Below, one piece after another: positions 1-12,045 of a stretch of DNA of 64,000 bases; the first letter of the stretch is position 1; each line of letters starts with the position of its first letter. The stretch is from the NCBI GenBank assembly GCA_023213395.1, contig CM041465.1, forward strand, positions 133,989,741 to 134,053,740, given 5' to 3'. The notes under the pieces are model-generated. The model did not search any database and was not told the DNA's origin. It worked only from the letters and a program-made list of their open reading frames with translations. Made by a program: the position numbers and the translations under genes. The DNA is from Cycas panzhihuaensis. Taxonomy: Eukaryota > Plantae > Cycadophyta.

Positions 1-2529
1 ATTAAATCGGTATGAAGGTGTCTTGGAGTTGAGTAATTGATCTTCAATCTCTACAAAGATAACATCTCTAGTGATGACAATTTTGCATTGTGAAGGTATA
101 AAAACTTTGTAGCCCTTTTTGTCCATAAGGTATCCGACAAAGATGCCTTTGAGGGCTCTATCTTGGAGCTTGTTTCTGTGTTCCTCCAGAATGTGAGCAT
201 AACAAGTAGAGCCAAAATTTTTGAAATGGGAGATAGCGAGGGTTTGTCCATACCACATTTCATGTGGAGAGGGGCCGATCTTGGAAGGACTAATAATGTT
301 GATGCAATACACAACAGTCCAGATAGCCTTAGCCCAAAGATAGACATAGACGTTTTTATATACCAACATAGCACACATCATGTTCATGATGGTCCTATTC
401 ATGCGCTCGACAACTCCATTTTACTGGGGTGTACCTGCAATAGTGGTCTAATGTTTGATTCCATGTTGATGCAGGTACGATTTAAACTCATTGGACGTGT
501 ACTCGCCAGCATTGTCAGTCCTGAGTATTTTGATCTTGAATCCAGATTTATTTTTCACGCAGACCTTGAAAGCTTGAAATATAGAAAAAGCTTCATCTTT
601 CTTTGCAGAAAAAGCAACCCATACTTTCTTGGTAAAATCATCAATGAAAGTAATATAGTACCACTTCTGTTTGAGAGAAGGGATGGGCATAGGACTGCAT
701 ATATCTAAGTGTACAAGTTGCAAAGGTTGGCTAGATTTCCACTAACTATGAGGAAAGGGTTGTCTTTGAGATTTGGCAATGATACATGCTTCGCATTTGA
801 AAGGCTTAGAGGAGAGCCAAGCATACTAGGAAGAGTGGTATGTAGTTCTCTTAAACAATCAATTTTGATATGGCCCATACAAGCATGTCATAGGGTCGTT
901 TGGGACAACGTTTGAGGAGTTAGGGTTGTGGTAAAAGCAGAGTCATCATCAACATAGTTAGCTTCAGAGGATGGTGAGCCAATTAGGCAAAAAAGCTTGC
1001 CATCAAGAATTCTAGTCATAACCACAGCATTTGAAGGAGGGTGAATGATACAGAGAGTTTGATTATTTGCAGTTACACTCAAATCAAAACCACGAGAGAC
1101 AAGGGTGAGCGAGGAGGCGGGTTCTACTTGAGGCGAGGAATATATAAAACATCAACAAGGGTAAAATCTTGAGGCCTGAGAGTTTCAGGCCAACAGTTCC
1201 AAGTCCTTGATTGAGAGATGATTTATCGACCATGTGTACAACACCATGAATTTTAGAGTCAAAATCACGAAAAGAGCGGCAATGACAAGTCATGTGTTGT
1301 GTTGCTCCAGTATCCATGATCCACGATGAAGTATTTGAGGTGGCACTATTTGCAACTCCAAGGGGTGAAGGCAAAAGTGAATAAGCATAGCCACAATAAG
1401 CCTCAATATACTTAGTGAATCTATCAACAACATTTAATGAAGTGCTCCCAACTCTTTGAAGGTGTGCATGAGCAAATTGTGTTCCACCAAAAGCATCTTT
1501 AAAAGAAGTATTATCAACATTATATGCACCATGGCGTTGTTGATAGCTTGGTAATTTATTAGTGGCTATTTTCTAATTTTTGGCATAGTGTCCTTTCTTG
1601 TTACACTTTTGGCATACAATTATTTGATTTTCAGTCCCATAAGAAGTATTGGGTTGGTTGGGTTGTCTCTGATTACTAGATCCGGGTCCAGGTTGATTAT
1701 TTTGGCTTCGGCCCTGAGACTATTTTTGTTGAAATTGAGAAGCCTGTTGACCAAGAGGACGTTGTCTTTGTTGTCTACCTCTGCCTTTTCCACAGGAATT
1801 ACTACTTCTGCGAGAGTATTGACCTTGATTTTTGGTATAACAAAGATCTTCTTCCACTTCAAAAGTAGTATCAACTAGATCAGATATAGTGGCAAAGTTG
1901 GTATCAAAGGTCTTATCAAATTCAATGAACTTATCAGTAAGATCCTCAAAATTTAGGGTCTTCAAAGTGCTACTAGATTGAAGACTTCCTAGTAGATTTT
2001 TGTAATCTGGGATATGGAGGCATGACTGAATTAAGAAAGCCCATGTAATGCATTGAGTTTTAAAATATTTATCAATGGCTTACTTGATTGGACAAAGGAG
2101 ATTGATTGTCTCACTTGCGTGTCCTTTCTGCATTTTCAATTTGTTCATCTTCAGCACTAAGTGAACAAATTCTAAGTCTGATTTAGTGTCAAAGTTCTTC
2201 CTAAGAACTTCAAGAACTTTCCATGTTGTATCATGTACAGCTTCATCAATGATATTATGCAGAGAATAATCAATGACACGAAGTATCCTTGCACGAATTT
2301 TATCATCATCAAGTTCTCATTGCCGTTTAATTGCGACGATTGGGGCAGTTGGAGCACCTCCTCCAGAAGTAGTTGAAGTAGTTGTAGCTGCAATAAATGA
2401 TGTAGGTTGTAAGCAATCTCTCCAAAAACCTTCATAGTTTGCAGCATTTCTGATACCAATGAACCACATGTCCCAATTTTCTTTCCCTTTTAGAATGCAG
2501 TTTATATTTTGCTTGAACTATGAAGACAT
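1..2529 (-). pseudogene. Degenerate copia gag-pol (gag, CCHC knuckle, protease, integrase core)
   Basis: ATG at 2529 gives MSS*FKQNINCILKGKENWDMW (copia gag N-terminus). Knuckle VCQKCNKKGHYAKN at ~1575-1620, protease SWIMDTGATQHMT at ~1290-1325, integrase LVHLDICSPMP...YYITFIDDF...ILRTDNAGEYTSNEF at 448-723. Many stops and frameshifts. Confidence 0.92.
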
Positions 2530-2693
2530 GGTGTTTTTTTAGAAGGGAAGAAATGAACAAGGGACTATAAAAGTGATGGTAATAAATAACCAATCATTGT
2601 TTACAAATGGGAGATGCAATGAAATACTGTAGCGTAAGGAAAAAAAAGTGAAAATAGTTGCTCAAAGATGAAGGGAGCAACTTAGAGAAAAGT

Positions 2694-2822
2694 CACTAAC
2701 ACCTGTAGCAAATATTAACATGATGCAACAGGAATATAAGAAGCACTATGATGAAAATTGACCACTAACACTTGTAAAAAATATTAACCTAACGTAGCAG
2801 GAATATGAGAAGCACTATGATT
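2694..2822. repeat. Tandem duplication, 69 bp period, in the copia leader
   Basis: CACTAACACCTGTAGCAAATATTAAC...GGAATATAAGAAGCACTATGAT at 2694 recurs as CACTAACACTTGTAAAAAATATTAAC...GGAATATGAGAAGCACTATGAT at 2763. Confidence 0.85.
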
Positions 2823-3723
2823 GTGATTACACTATGGATCACCTTTTACAAATAAGTGAGTGATCAATATACAAAATTATAGGCCAATGTAGAAGCTAAC
2901 ATCATTGAGTATATACAACTTGAAACTCAAATGTAGGATGCGTAATCAACCCAATAACCTCTAACTTATGTCCAACATGTAATTGAGGTTGTTGAAGGGA
3001 TGCCTAGGCTTCTAGTAAAATTAAGTTGGTCTTCACCTGCAATACCCACAATTGTGCTTGGTGATGAAATCCAAGTCACAACGAAGCCCCAGAACTCCCA
3101 ATCCTCACCTAGTTCACCAATGAACAGTTATATACCTCCTCTAAAGAGTGGTACATGCATATCCATGGCTATGACGGATATTGGATCGGGTGTATTTTAA
3201 TCTTGTATTTAAAGTTTCAGTTTTCCCAATTGGTTATCAGGATGATCCCTGATTAAGGCACGATAGTATGGCTAACCAAACCTCACCAACATTCCAGTTC
3301 AGTCTAGTCCCAACTTGAAACCCACACCTCCTTTATGGGACGACATTCTGTCAACCAACGTATCTCAACCTTGGCGAGTGTGTGAATAGGTACAAGATGG
3401 TAGAAAATAACGTATATAATGTGTTCCTTTTAGGGAGAGTAAAAAGATTATCGAAGTTGCATTAAACGTACATACAACTTAAAATAGAATGCTTGCTTAG
3501 AGGGCTTTTGGAGTGCTTGCTTGGAGTGTTTACTTGGAGTATCTTTAGAGTGCTTGCTTGAAGTGATTTTAGAGTGTTGAAATATAATGTTGATAACTAA
3601 GTGAGGACATCGAATATTGCTTCGATCCAGATGTTTTTTTACTCACTTTTACAATGGGTTTTTAAGCCTTATAAAAAGAAGGAAGAAAATTTCTTCACTT
3701 TTTTTTTTTAAATACAAAAAAAA

Positions 3724-4070
3724 ATTGTTTTCACTAAATCAGCAATAACTTTCTCCCACGATAACGAAATTGAATGTTGCTTTTTGTGTTGCAAACTAGA
3801 CTCTGAGTTTCATCTTCAGGAAGTAGAATCAAGTCCAAATGAGTTCTGAAAAAATTTTGGCAATTCTGCAAAATTAGGATAATATATTTTCTCAAAATTC
3901 TTACTAAAAATAACTATTGTTCACTAAAACAGCAATAACTCTCTCATACGACATCGAAATTGGGTGCTGATTTTTGTGTTGGAAAGTAGACTTGGAGTCT
4001 CATCTTTAACAATTAAAACCAGGTCAATTGGAGCTCTGTAGAAGAGTTTCTAGAGTTGTGAAGTTTAGCA
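3724..4070. repeat. Diverged direct repeat, ~190 bp period, in the copia leader
   Basis: TTCACTAAATCAGCAATAACTTTCTCCCACG...TTTTGTGTTGCAAACTAGACTC at ~3730 versus TTCACTAAAACAGCAATAACTCTCTCATACG...TTTTGTGTTGGAAAGTAGACTT at ~3920. Confidence 0.8.
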
Positions 4071-4571
4071 AGCAAATTTTATTTCTGTAGAAATTTTAGT
4101 TTGTTAATATCTCATTAACATATGATACCATATGAAATTTCCATCATTTTTTTATCACCAGGATCTCAATATGGGCAAGGTGAGAGCATACAATGATGGA
4201 TATTTTAAATGGCTCCAAATTCTTTAAAAAAAATGGGTAGAACCTCCCATTGCAATCATTCTTCTAAAAGCTGAAAACATTCTGGCAACATTTCCCCTTG
4301 TTAAATGGATAAAACGAGGGGAAAGAAAAGAAGAATGAGATAACATAAATGGCCACCAAAGGATTGGAATCCTTGAGCCTTACAACTCCTTGTATTGTGC
4401 TTCCAAACCTACAAAAGAGAAAAGGAAAGCAAATAATACTAAATATGCTATAATAAAAACTTGAAAATATTTCAAAATCCACTTTCACAATCCCCTTCAC
4501 CACATGGATTGTGAGGGAAAAGGAAGTGATGGCTCCGTTGCAAGTGCAAGTGAGAAATATGAAGGAAGCAA

Positions 4572-4583
4572 GCTCTGATACCA
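4572..4583 (-). promoter_or_regulatory. Primer binding site (initiator tRNA-Met) of the copia element
   Basis: GCTCTGATACCA on plus reads TGGTATCAGAGC on minus and lies 2 nt from the LTR edge. Confidence 0.88.
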
Positions 4584-4585
4584 CA

Positions 4586-4883
4586 TGAAAAAAGTGGATC
4601 TATCATTCATCTCCATGCACTAAACACAAAGGCAAACATGGAAGCAAGAGAGACTTGAGAGAAAAATAGTAGCTCTCACAAAATGGGGAGGTAAGAATGA
4701 GCCTCCTCCATTGAGCTTTTCCTTTTATATTGAGAGACGTAGCATTAGAGTTAGGTGAAATGAAATTACACATAATGCACATGAAAGTGCATTTTACTTA
4801 AGTGATATAATTTAAAGTTCACTTAAGACCCTTTTTAGAAATAATCAACTAATGTAATGACCTTATGACATTAACCCTTTTCA
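4586..4883 (-). repeat. 5' LTR of the copia element (~298 bp)
   Basis: Begins TGAAAAAAG and ends CCCTTTTCA (inverted termini), bounded by the PBS and by resumed gypsy integrase codons. The predicted TSD is AGGAC (4884-4888); the partner LTR is outside the window. Confidence 0.72.
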
Positions 4884-6286
4884 AGGACTACCTAAGTCAG
4901 AAGGGGAAGATACTATATATGTGGCGGTGGATCGCTTGACAAAATCCATTCATTTTATACATATTAAATCCACATACAAAGCTCCTCAATTAGTAGAAAT
5001 ATTTATCAAAGAGATACATAAACTACACAGTTTCCCTCAGACTATTATTAGCGAGAGGGATCCTAAAATTTTGAGCCACTTTTGGCAAGAGGTGTTTAAA
5101 TAAGTTGGCACAAAGTTAGAAATGAGCACTAGTTACCATCTGCAGACAAATGGTCAAACTGAGGCAGTTAACATATGCTTGGAAAACTACTTTAAAAACT
5201 TTGTGGTTGATTAATAGAACTCATGGGTCAAATGGCTACACTTAGTTAAAGCATGGTATAATTTTTCTTATCATTCATCCATTAAATGACCCAATTCCAA
5301 GTATTATATGGCTACCAACCAACCCAACTAAAGGATTGGATAACCAAGGATAGTAAAGTGCCAACAGTAAATGACTACCTTCAAGAAATATAAGACATGG
5401 TTCAAATATTAGAAGAGCATCTAGAAGAGGCCAAGAATTGGATGAAAGAACAAGCTGACAAACATTGTGTTGAAAGAGAATTAGAGATTGGAGATTGGGT
5501 TTACATAAAACTACAGCCATATAAACAAGTCTCCTTAAAAGGTTTTTAGAAGGAAAAGTTAAGCCCTAGGTTGTGTGTTCTGTACCTAGTTAAACAAAAA
5601 TTGGGGGAAGTTGCTTATGCCCCAAAACTTTCTACCTCTAAACTACATAATGTGTTTCATTTTTTATGCTTAAAGGAAAAAATAGGTGTCCATATTCCTA
5701 TGCAGACAAAGTTACTTCTCTTGGATGAAGAAGGAAAATTGATTCTTATTCCTTAAGCCATTATCGATGTTCTTAGGAAACAATTACGATAAAAAAACTA
5801 TTCAAGAGTACTTAACTAGCACAGACTTTGCCAGTCTGAAAGTGTCGATAGGCATAGTTGTATAGACGCAGTTCAAAACTTAACACTAAATAGCTCTTCT
5901 AGAAGTATCACTTTATCGACCTTATACACAGCTATTAGCTTTTGCGTTGGAGATGGGTGTATTTACCAAACATGTCGAGATGCTCACCTGGCTCTCAAAT
6001 ACCATCACATTCAATGTGAATTTTCCTTCGTAATAGAGAAGTACTTAAGGGGTGATTACCTTTCTTATTTTCCATTTATTTTTTCATTTTTATTTACTCT
6101 TGTAATATGGCATGGAGTAAATAGTCGCACACAAAGTCAATTAGAGGTGCCTATCAGCACAATTAAATGGAAGTTGTTGCCTTTTGAAGATGCCACTTGG
6201 GAGTCTGTCAATTTCATCAGTCGATATCCCGAATTGCAAAATAGAAGTTTCATGGATGAAACATCTTGGGAAGAGGACTTATTATG
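4884..6286 (+). pseudogene. Ty3/gypsy chromovirus (Reina/Tekay-like) integrase plus chromodomain remnant
   Basis: GLPKSEGEDTIYVAVDRLTKSIHF, IISERDPKILSHFWQEVFK, MSTSYHLQTNGQTEAVN and LHNVFH. The chromodomain reads KTIQEYL|IKWKLLPFEDATWE, split by an insertion. PPT-like GGGAAGAGGA at 6268-6277. Confidence 0.9.
5816..6162 (-). mobile_element. Non-autonomous Helentron/Helitron2 (HLE2)-like rolling-circle element, ~347 bp
   Basis: Removing it restores GAG TAC TTA ATT AAA TGG (EYLIKW) with no TSD. Asymmetric inverted repeats TGCCTATCAGCAC (6148-6160) and GTGTCGATAGGCA (5842-5854) match 11/13. Hairpin CAGACT-TTGCC-AGTCTG at 5822-5838. The minus-strand 3' end is CTAG. Confidence 0.7.
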
Positions 6287-6529
6287 AACCTCTTTTAAGA
6301 ATTAGTTAATTAATCTAATCAAAAGGTGTCTTTGAATGGTCGCATCCATTCGCTAAAAAATAGTATCTCATGGATATAAATATGCACCCAAATGTAAACT
6401 ATTCATAATTCATTTTTTTCAATCAGCATTAAGTCTTTTGACTATTAATACTTTCACGCATACTTGTCCTCATGTGCTCTCAATTGGAATTAATGATACT
6501 CTTCAGGTCACAAACAAAGGTTAGTAACA
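6280..6529 (+). repeat. Probable 3' LTR of the chromovirus (~250 bp)
   Basis: Follows the PPT; starts TATTA (decayed TGTTA) and could end TAACA at 6529. No partner LTR in the window. Confidence 0.4.
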
Positions 6530-9500
6530 AATTATACTCACCAAGCATGGATAGTGTTTTCTGCAATCTGAGAACTTACCGAATGTCATGCCAACAGGTA
6601 AGTGAAGCTATGTGCTTCTTGCTTTCTAGATCAACTTAGATTAGTTATTTCACAAGCATACGTTGCCGCCTACCTGTTGATTTGTTGAATGAATGTATTT
6701 GTTGTTACTCGATGATGATTTTGACCATGGTCGATGACTTTATGGTTGTCCATCTGAGTTTGATGGGTTGAGAACGACCTTTTAATACCTTTACAAGTCA
6801 CGTCTTGCCTTTCTTCTTCCCTTGTTTGCCACTTTCCTTTGCTCAACTTGCTCTTTTGATCTTTTTTCTTCAAAATTTTTCTATTTTTAGACTATTTTCT
6901 TCTATACCATTGTGATTTTCTACCTATCTCATTTGTTTTTTGCTTGTATCGTTATGATTGTTGACATGCCGCTTTGATTTCTATTTGAAATTGTAGAAAT
7001 TAGTATTTCTACAATACCATGAAGTTTGTCACAACATCGCTCTGTATTTTACAGTACGACCTAAACTGCGCAATACCAATTTTTTAACTTTAAAATTTTT
7101 TAGGCCTATGGTTGGTCGCACATTTATGGCACCAATTTGCAGGCCCACCCCTTGATTTGACCCATTCTATGGGCTGCCCATGGTTTCGAACCAAAACCAT
7201 GGATCATTTAATCATCCCCCCATGGCTTTGGCTTCAAAACCATGGGCTATCAATCAATAGTTTTCGTCCATGGTTCTCCCTAATCTATGGCCCCAAAACC
7301 ATGGGCCCTAGACCTTCCCCTCATCTATGTATACCCCCGTTTTTAATTGGAAAAGGGGAGGTCAAATTCTGAGTAATTATGTTGTTGTTATGTTGTCAGA
7401 TTCTTGCCAAATCACCCATTCTCATTTAGGTTTGCTTGTCAACTTCCTTAATTGGCTTGAGGACTAAACACTAGTTGTGATTGGAGCACTCTTTGGCTAG
7501 AATAGAGCATCATCAATGTCCCTCCTTCACTCAGAACAAGGGTCTCACCCCCCAACACTACTAGGATTTTCACCCTTTTACCTAAGTACTCATTTACTAC
7601 TTTCTAGCATTAAATTTCCCTTTTTATGCTTCATATTTCCTTTGTTGTTTTAACTGCTTTCCTTTGTTCGCTTCACTCTTCGGTGTGTGGGTGCCTTACA
7701 GAGGGAAACAGGGTCAAGTATTGCTCATTGGACTCAGAAAAGGGTGGCAAAATTGCCATTTCTAAGGCCCCTTTTCACACCAATGCTTTACTTAGTTTGA
7801 GTTAGCAATTCAACTTTTATTTGGTAGATTTTCCATCTTGTTTGCTATATAGCTTGTATCCAACTAACTTGTGCAAGTGCAAGAACTTCTTAAAGACTCG
7901 TATGTAGGTTGGGAAAAGTGCTTGGAGTAGTTAGAGGAACCTCTTCCTCTCCCTTTCCTTTATTTTTCGTCCCCAACCGACAAAGTGCCTCTTATGCAGC
8001 AGACACACTACCAAAATTGTATTAGCATACAACAAAAGGTTAGTATTCAAAGTGATCTTTAAAGTGATTTCTAGCATATTTAAGTTTGATTATAAACTTT
8101 TTTCATCATAAATCAATTTGGCAAGCAGAAATGCTACCAAATGTTTCCTAGAAATCAATTGCATATGCATGTTTACTTGACTTTGTTTTAAGTGTGATTG
8201 GTGATTTGAAAAACTATGAAAAACACTGTTGGAAAAAAGGGGGTAAGATTGGATATTTGAACATTATTCCAGGTATTCTCCTCAAAACCTTATTTTGTAG
8301 ATTCAATTGTTTAAAAAAAAGGCTTGAAATCATACTATTACTTTGTAGTTTTACTTTGAAAACAAAAAGGTAGGAAAGGAGTTGTTTGCTTGTCAGTTTG
8401 ACAATTGTTGTTTGTCCTTCTCCCATCTTGCACACAAGTGCACTTTTGTTTTTCAAAATAAAAAGAGTCTTTGCTTTGCATAACATGTGCCCGTTGGTTT
8501 AAACCTTTTGGTGTGTACCTTCGAGGGCCAAAACAAGGAAGAGGGTTGCACTTGTTATGAGTCCTCAAATCTGTGGGGCCTACAACTCCAGTTGTTAGGT
8601 TAGTTCTACTTATTGGACATTCAATTCTAAAGTGCATATCGGTTGCATCTAGCATGTGTTGTTTGCTCTTTTAGTCTCTCTTAGGAAGTAGGGTCCATTC
8701 TCATACTGACAAGGAGGGACTGAGGTTTATCTACTTGGAATTCATCACTAGACGAGAGATGCAGTCATGTGCCTCTAGATGTGTCGAGTTCTCCATATCC
8801 GTATTTTGAACGAGCCCGTGAAGGGTGTTTATCATCACTACGTGTTTACGTATGGGGCATGGATAGTCAAGTAAACTTCATTCGTCTTGTTGAAAGCAGT
8901 GTCCTCTTCTTCTTCACCACTTAGGAGCTTGAGGTTTGTTGGAATCGGACGCGGGCACTGCCAGATGACCTCACACTTATATGAGCACCATTGCCAGTAG
9001 AAGAGGTCCCACCAACTTATCCACAAGCAGATCTATCCTATGGTCTTGAATCCTTCAAACCTGTTGCTCTAGGCAATTCTTTCCCCCATTCTCATAGATC
9101 TAGTCTATCATCTTAGAGTTAAGCGAGAGTTTGAGTTATGATTATATCACTCAGTCCTAGTGGGTTTAGTCGATTAGGATAGGCACATAGTTGCATAGTT
9201 CTTGGGCATTCGTGCTCGATCAACCCCCTCACACCATGAGAGGGCCTCTTGTGTGTTGTTTGATCCTTTCGAGGATGCTAATTGTGTGATAGGTTGATTT
9301 CATCCTAAAGCATTCTGTTGGTTTTTAGTTCACTTTCTTGATTGATCCATAGCTGCCTCATCTACCTACTTGCATTGCACTTTTCAATTGATTAGTTAGT
9401 TTCAATTTGCTTTTAGCCTTTCTCTTTTTATTTTCATTTTTTCTGGCACATCGCACACACTTGCACATTGGCCTTATTCTAACCTAACAAACAAATAGTC

Positions 9501-9644
9501 TGTCAATCCCCATAGCTGCATACAAGAGACGCATAAGTACCTCGTGGGGCATATGGTTGCGTCCCTCCCTGCTCACCCTTCAGATTTATTTTGGAGTCGT
9601 GTTTGCACATCCTCTCCTCTCGCACATCTGCAATCAGATACTCA

Positions 9645-11400
9645 GTGGTATGTTACTCTAAAACATTCACAGACATAGTCTAGAACTATTGTGTTTATGA
9701 GAAAGAGATGTATGCCATCATATTGCCATTTAAGTTCTTGCAATATTATGTACTGAGTCGAGAAACTAGCATCCATTTTGATCAAAAACCATTGTAGCAT
9801 CTTCATGCACAATTTAAAATAAAGAATAATCAAAATATGAAACAGATAAGTTATTTGTGATAGTTTCACACTTTCACAAAATATAAAAAGGGCACAACAA
9901 ACTAGTTTGTTGATTGCCTCAGCAAACTGCCAATTCATACATTTGATGAGTGTGTTAGATACACGAGGTTTTAACTTTGTTGATCGGAATAAATTCTATA
10001 ATATCTATGCTGACTTCTCAACAATCTATATTATTCTCAGCAACCAACATCTAGAATATTTCTACCTACAAGATGGCCCATTATAAAAGTTGGGAACATT
10101 ACGTGCACCTATAGTAAATTCTCACACAACATTGATGAAAAGCACATTATTCGAAGATGGCAGCGCATTTTGGAGTCAAAAAAGCTCTAATCATTCTACA
10201 AAAGTATTCATATTGTCCTAAAATGTAATTAAACGAAGAGAAATATCTGAAAATTTGTGTAGCATGTTGCATGGCCAAGCCACTGAATAGGAGATAGGGG
10301 AAGTACTTGCTACTGATATTGTCATCAAGACTATGGGAATCAATCTCGATGGACTTTTTCAGAGGCCTTCCTTTGAGAGACAAAATGACTGTCTTTGTAA
10401 TTGCAAATACATGCACCAAGATGGCAATAATTATTCTACGTAAGAAAAGAGTGGCAACCTAGCAAGTAGCTAAATTACTCTTCACTCGTGTTTGGGTACA
10501 TATCAATTTGCTGTCATCTATCATTTCCAATAGAGATAGTAAGTTTTGAGCCACTTGTAACAAGTATTGTAGCATATGACAAATAATATGTTGAACAGAT
10601 TGACAGCTTTTCATCTTGAAATGGATGGACAATCTGAAGTGATAAACAGGACTATTGTGCCCATGTTCAAAATGCACAATTATAAGCATCTGAAAATGTG
10701 GAACAATAACCTGCCATGCATCCAACACGGGTAGGGCTAATCATAACTCCATAGACCATAGCCCTTTTGAAGCTTGTTTTGGGTTTCAAGTTTCAACCCT
10801 CAGCCACCCTTGAACTCACCTTGTCTAGAGTTAGTCTTGTACCTACAAGGCTAGGTAAGTAAGTTCAGCACATTCAAGCAATCCACAAGCAAGTATAGGA
10901 GATACTTGCAAAAACACAACTTAAGTACAAAGAAAGGCACAGCAAATACAAAGTACATCACAGCTTTTAGATAGGCAGCAAAGTCTAGTTACACTTGCCA
11001 AAGGAAAGAATGAAGGGGAAATATCAAAAGAATCCAACCAATAAGGTATGGCCTAGACACAATTTTGGAAGCAATTGATGAGAGTGTTTTCTGATTGGAC
11101 CTGACTCCATACTTGGGAACATACTCAGCCTTCAATGTGGATTAGCTCAAGGTAAACTTCCCTTGTTTGATGGATGATGATAAAAATGCTATGCCATCCA
11201 ATCTAGACAAATTATATCATAACACAGGACCACAACCATTGCAGGGAGACATGATTTTGACAGACACAAGAAGAAAGTCAGAGCTTCCACAATCCAAATG
11301 TACAAAGTAGCCAAACAAGGCATTTTTCCACAGCAAGCAAAGTGGGTCACAATTATAAAAAATTGCAGCAACAGAGGGATGAACAATCAGCACAAAATGC
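9645..11400 (+). pseudogene. Second Ty3/gypsy pol remnant (RNase H, integrase), chromovirus-like and heavily decayed
   Basis: VVCYSKTFTDIV*NYCVYEKEMYAII (RNase H), KYKKGTTN*FVDCLSKLP, HYSKMAAHFGVKK (integrase zinc finger), RLWESISMDFFRGLP, SIISNRDSKF and FHLEMDGQSEVINRTIV. The 3' boundary is approximate. Confidence 0.85.
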
Positions 11401-12045
11401 CAAAGCCTTTGAATGGTGGAAACACTTTTCCAAAAACCATCAGAAGTTTAAACAGAGACAACTGCCCTTTTTGGTAACTTGTAAAATAGATTTTATTCCT
11501 TTTTTTGGGAGGCACAGAAATAAAGGTCCCAGTTGGGAATTTTGGAGAGGAAGTGTGTTTTGATGGTGTTTTTTAAGCAGTTAAAGAAACAAGGCCTGGC
11601 AGCTGGAATTCTTCTCAACAATTGACAAACAAAGAAGTAAGTCTGAGACCCATCTCTGTAAGAACTTATAGTCCAGGTTTCTTTTTTCTTCTGCTGTACT
11701 CCTTCAAATTTTGCAGAAATTTATAAATAGCTTACTCTGCAATTCCACGTCTATTTTTGTTGCACATACAAGATAGAGTGGTGGGAATTGTAACTATGTC
11801 TCTGTCTCATGCTATTTGAGAATTTAGCGTGAGTTCTCAAACATAAGTTTTGGTATTGGGTTTTTATAATCTTTCTTGTTTGCAAAACAAATTGGTGTGG
11901 CAGATCATTTAATCTCCAAACACTATGCTTTACCAAAAGCATTACAAGAAACATTTGCAGGAAAAGTAAAACTGAGACTCTTGCTACAATATGTATGAGC
12001 TTGTTCATATGCAAGTTTTATGTTTCTCACTTGTTTCCCTTCGCA

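Larger units (their letters stand above)
1..4883 (-). mobile_element. Ty1/copia LTR retrotransposon, 5' part (5' LTR, PBS, ~2 kb leader, gag-PR-INT); continues off the left edge
   Basis: Domain order on minus is gag, zinc knuckle, protease, integrase (copia order). A perfect iMet PBS at 4572-4583 abuts an LTR with TGAAAA...TTTTCA termini. The right end interrupts a gypsy integrase at 4884. Linking the 2.5-4.6 kb leader to this gag is an inference. Confidence 0.8.

Noticed and set aside
163-708. 181-aa plus-strand ORF
   Set aside because: It is the antisense shadow of the copia integrase and has no independent features.
2449-2458. PBS-like TGGTATCAGA on minus
   Set aside because: It lies inside the gag frame (WDMWFIGIRN) downstream of the gag ATG at 2529. 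The full 12-nt PBS next to an LTR is at 4572-4583.
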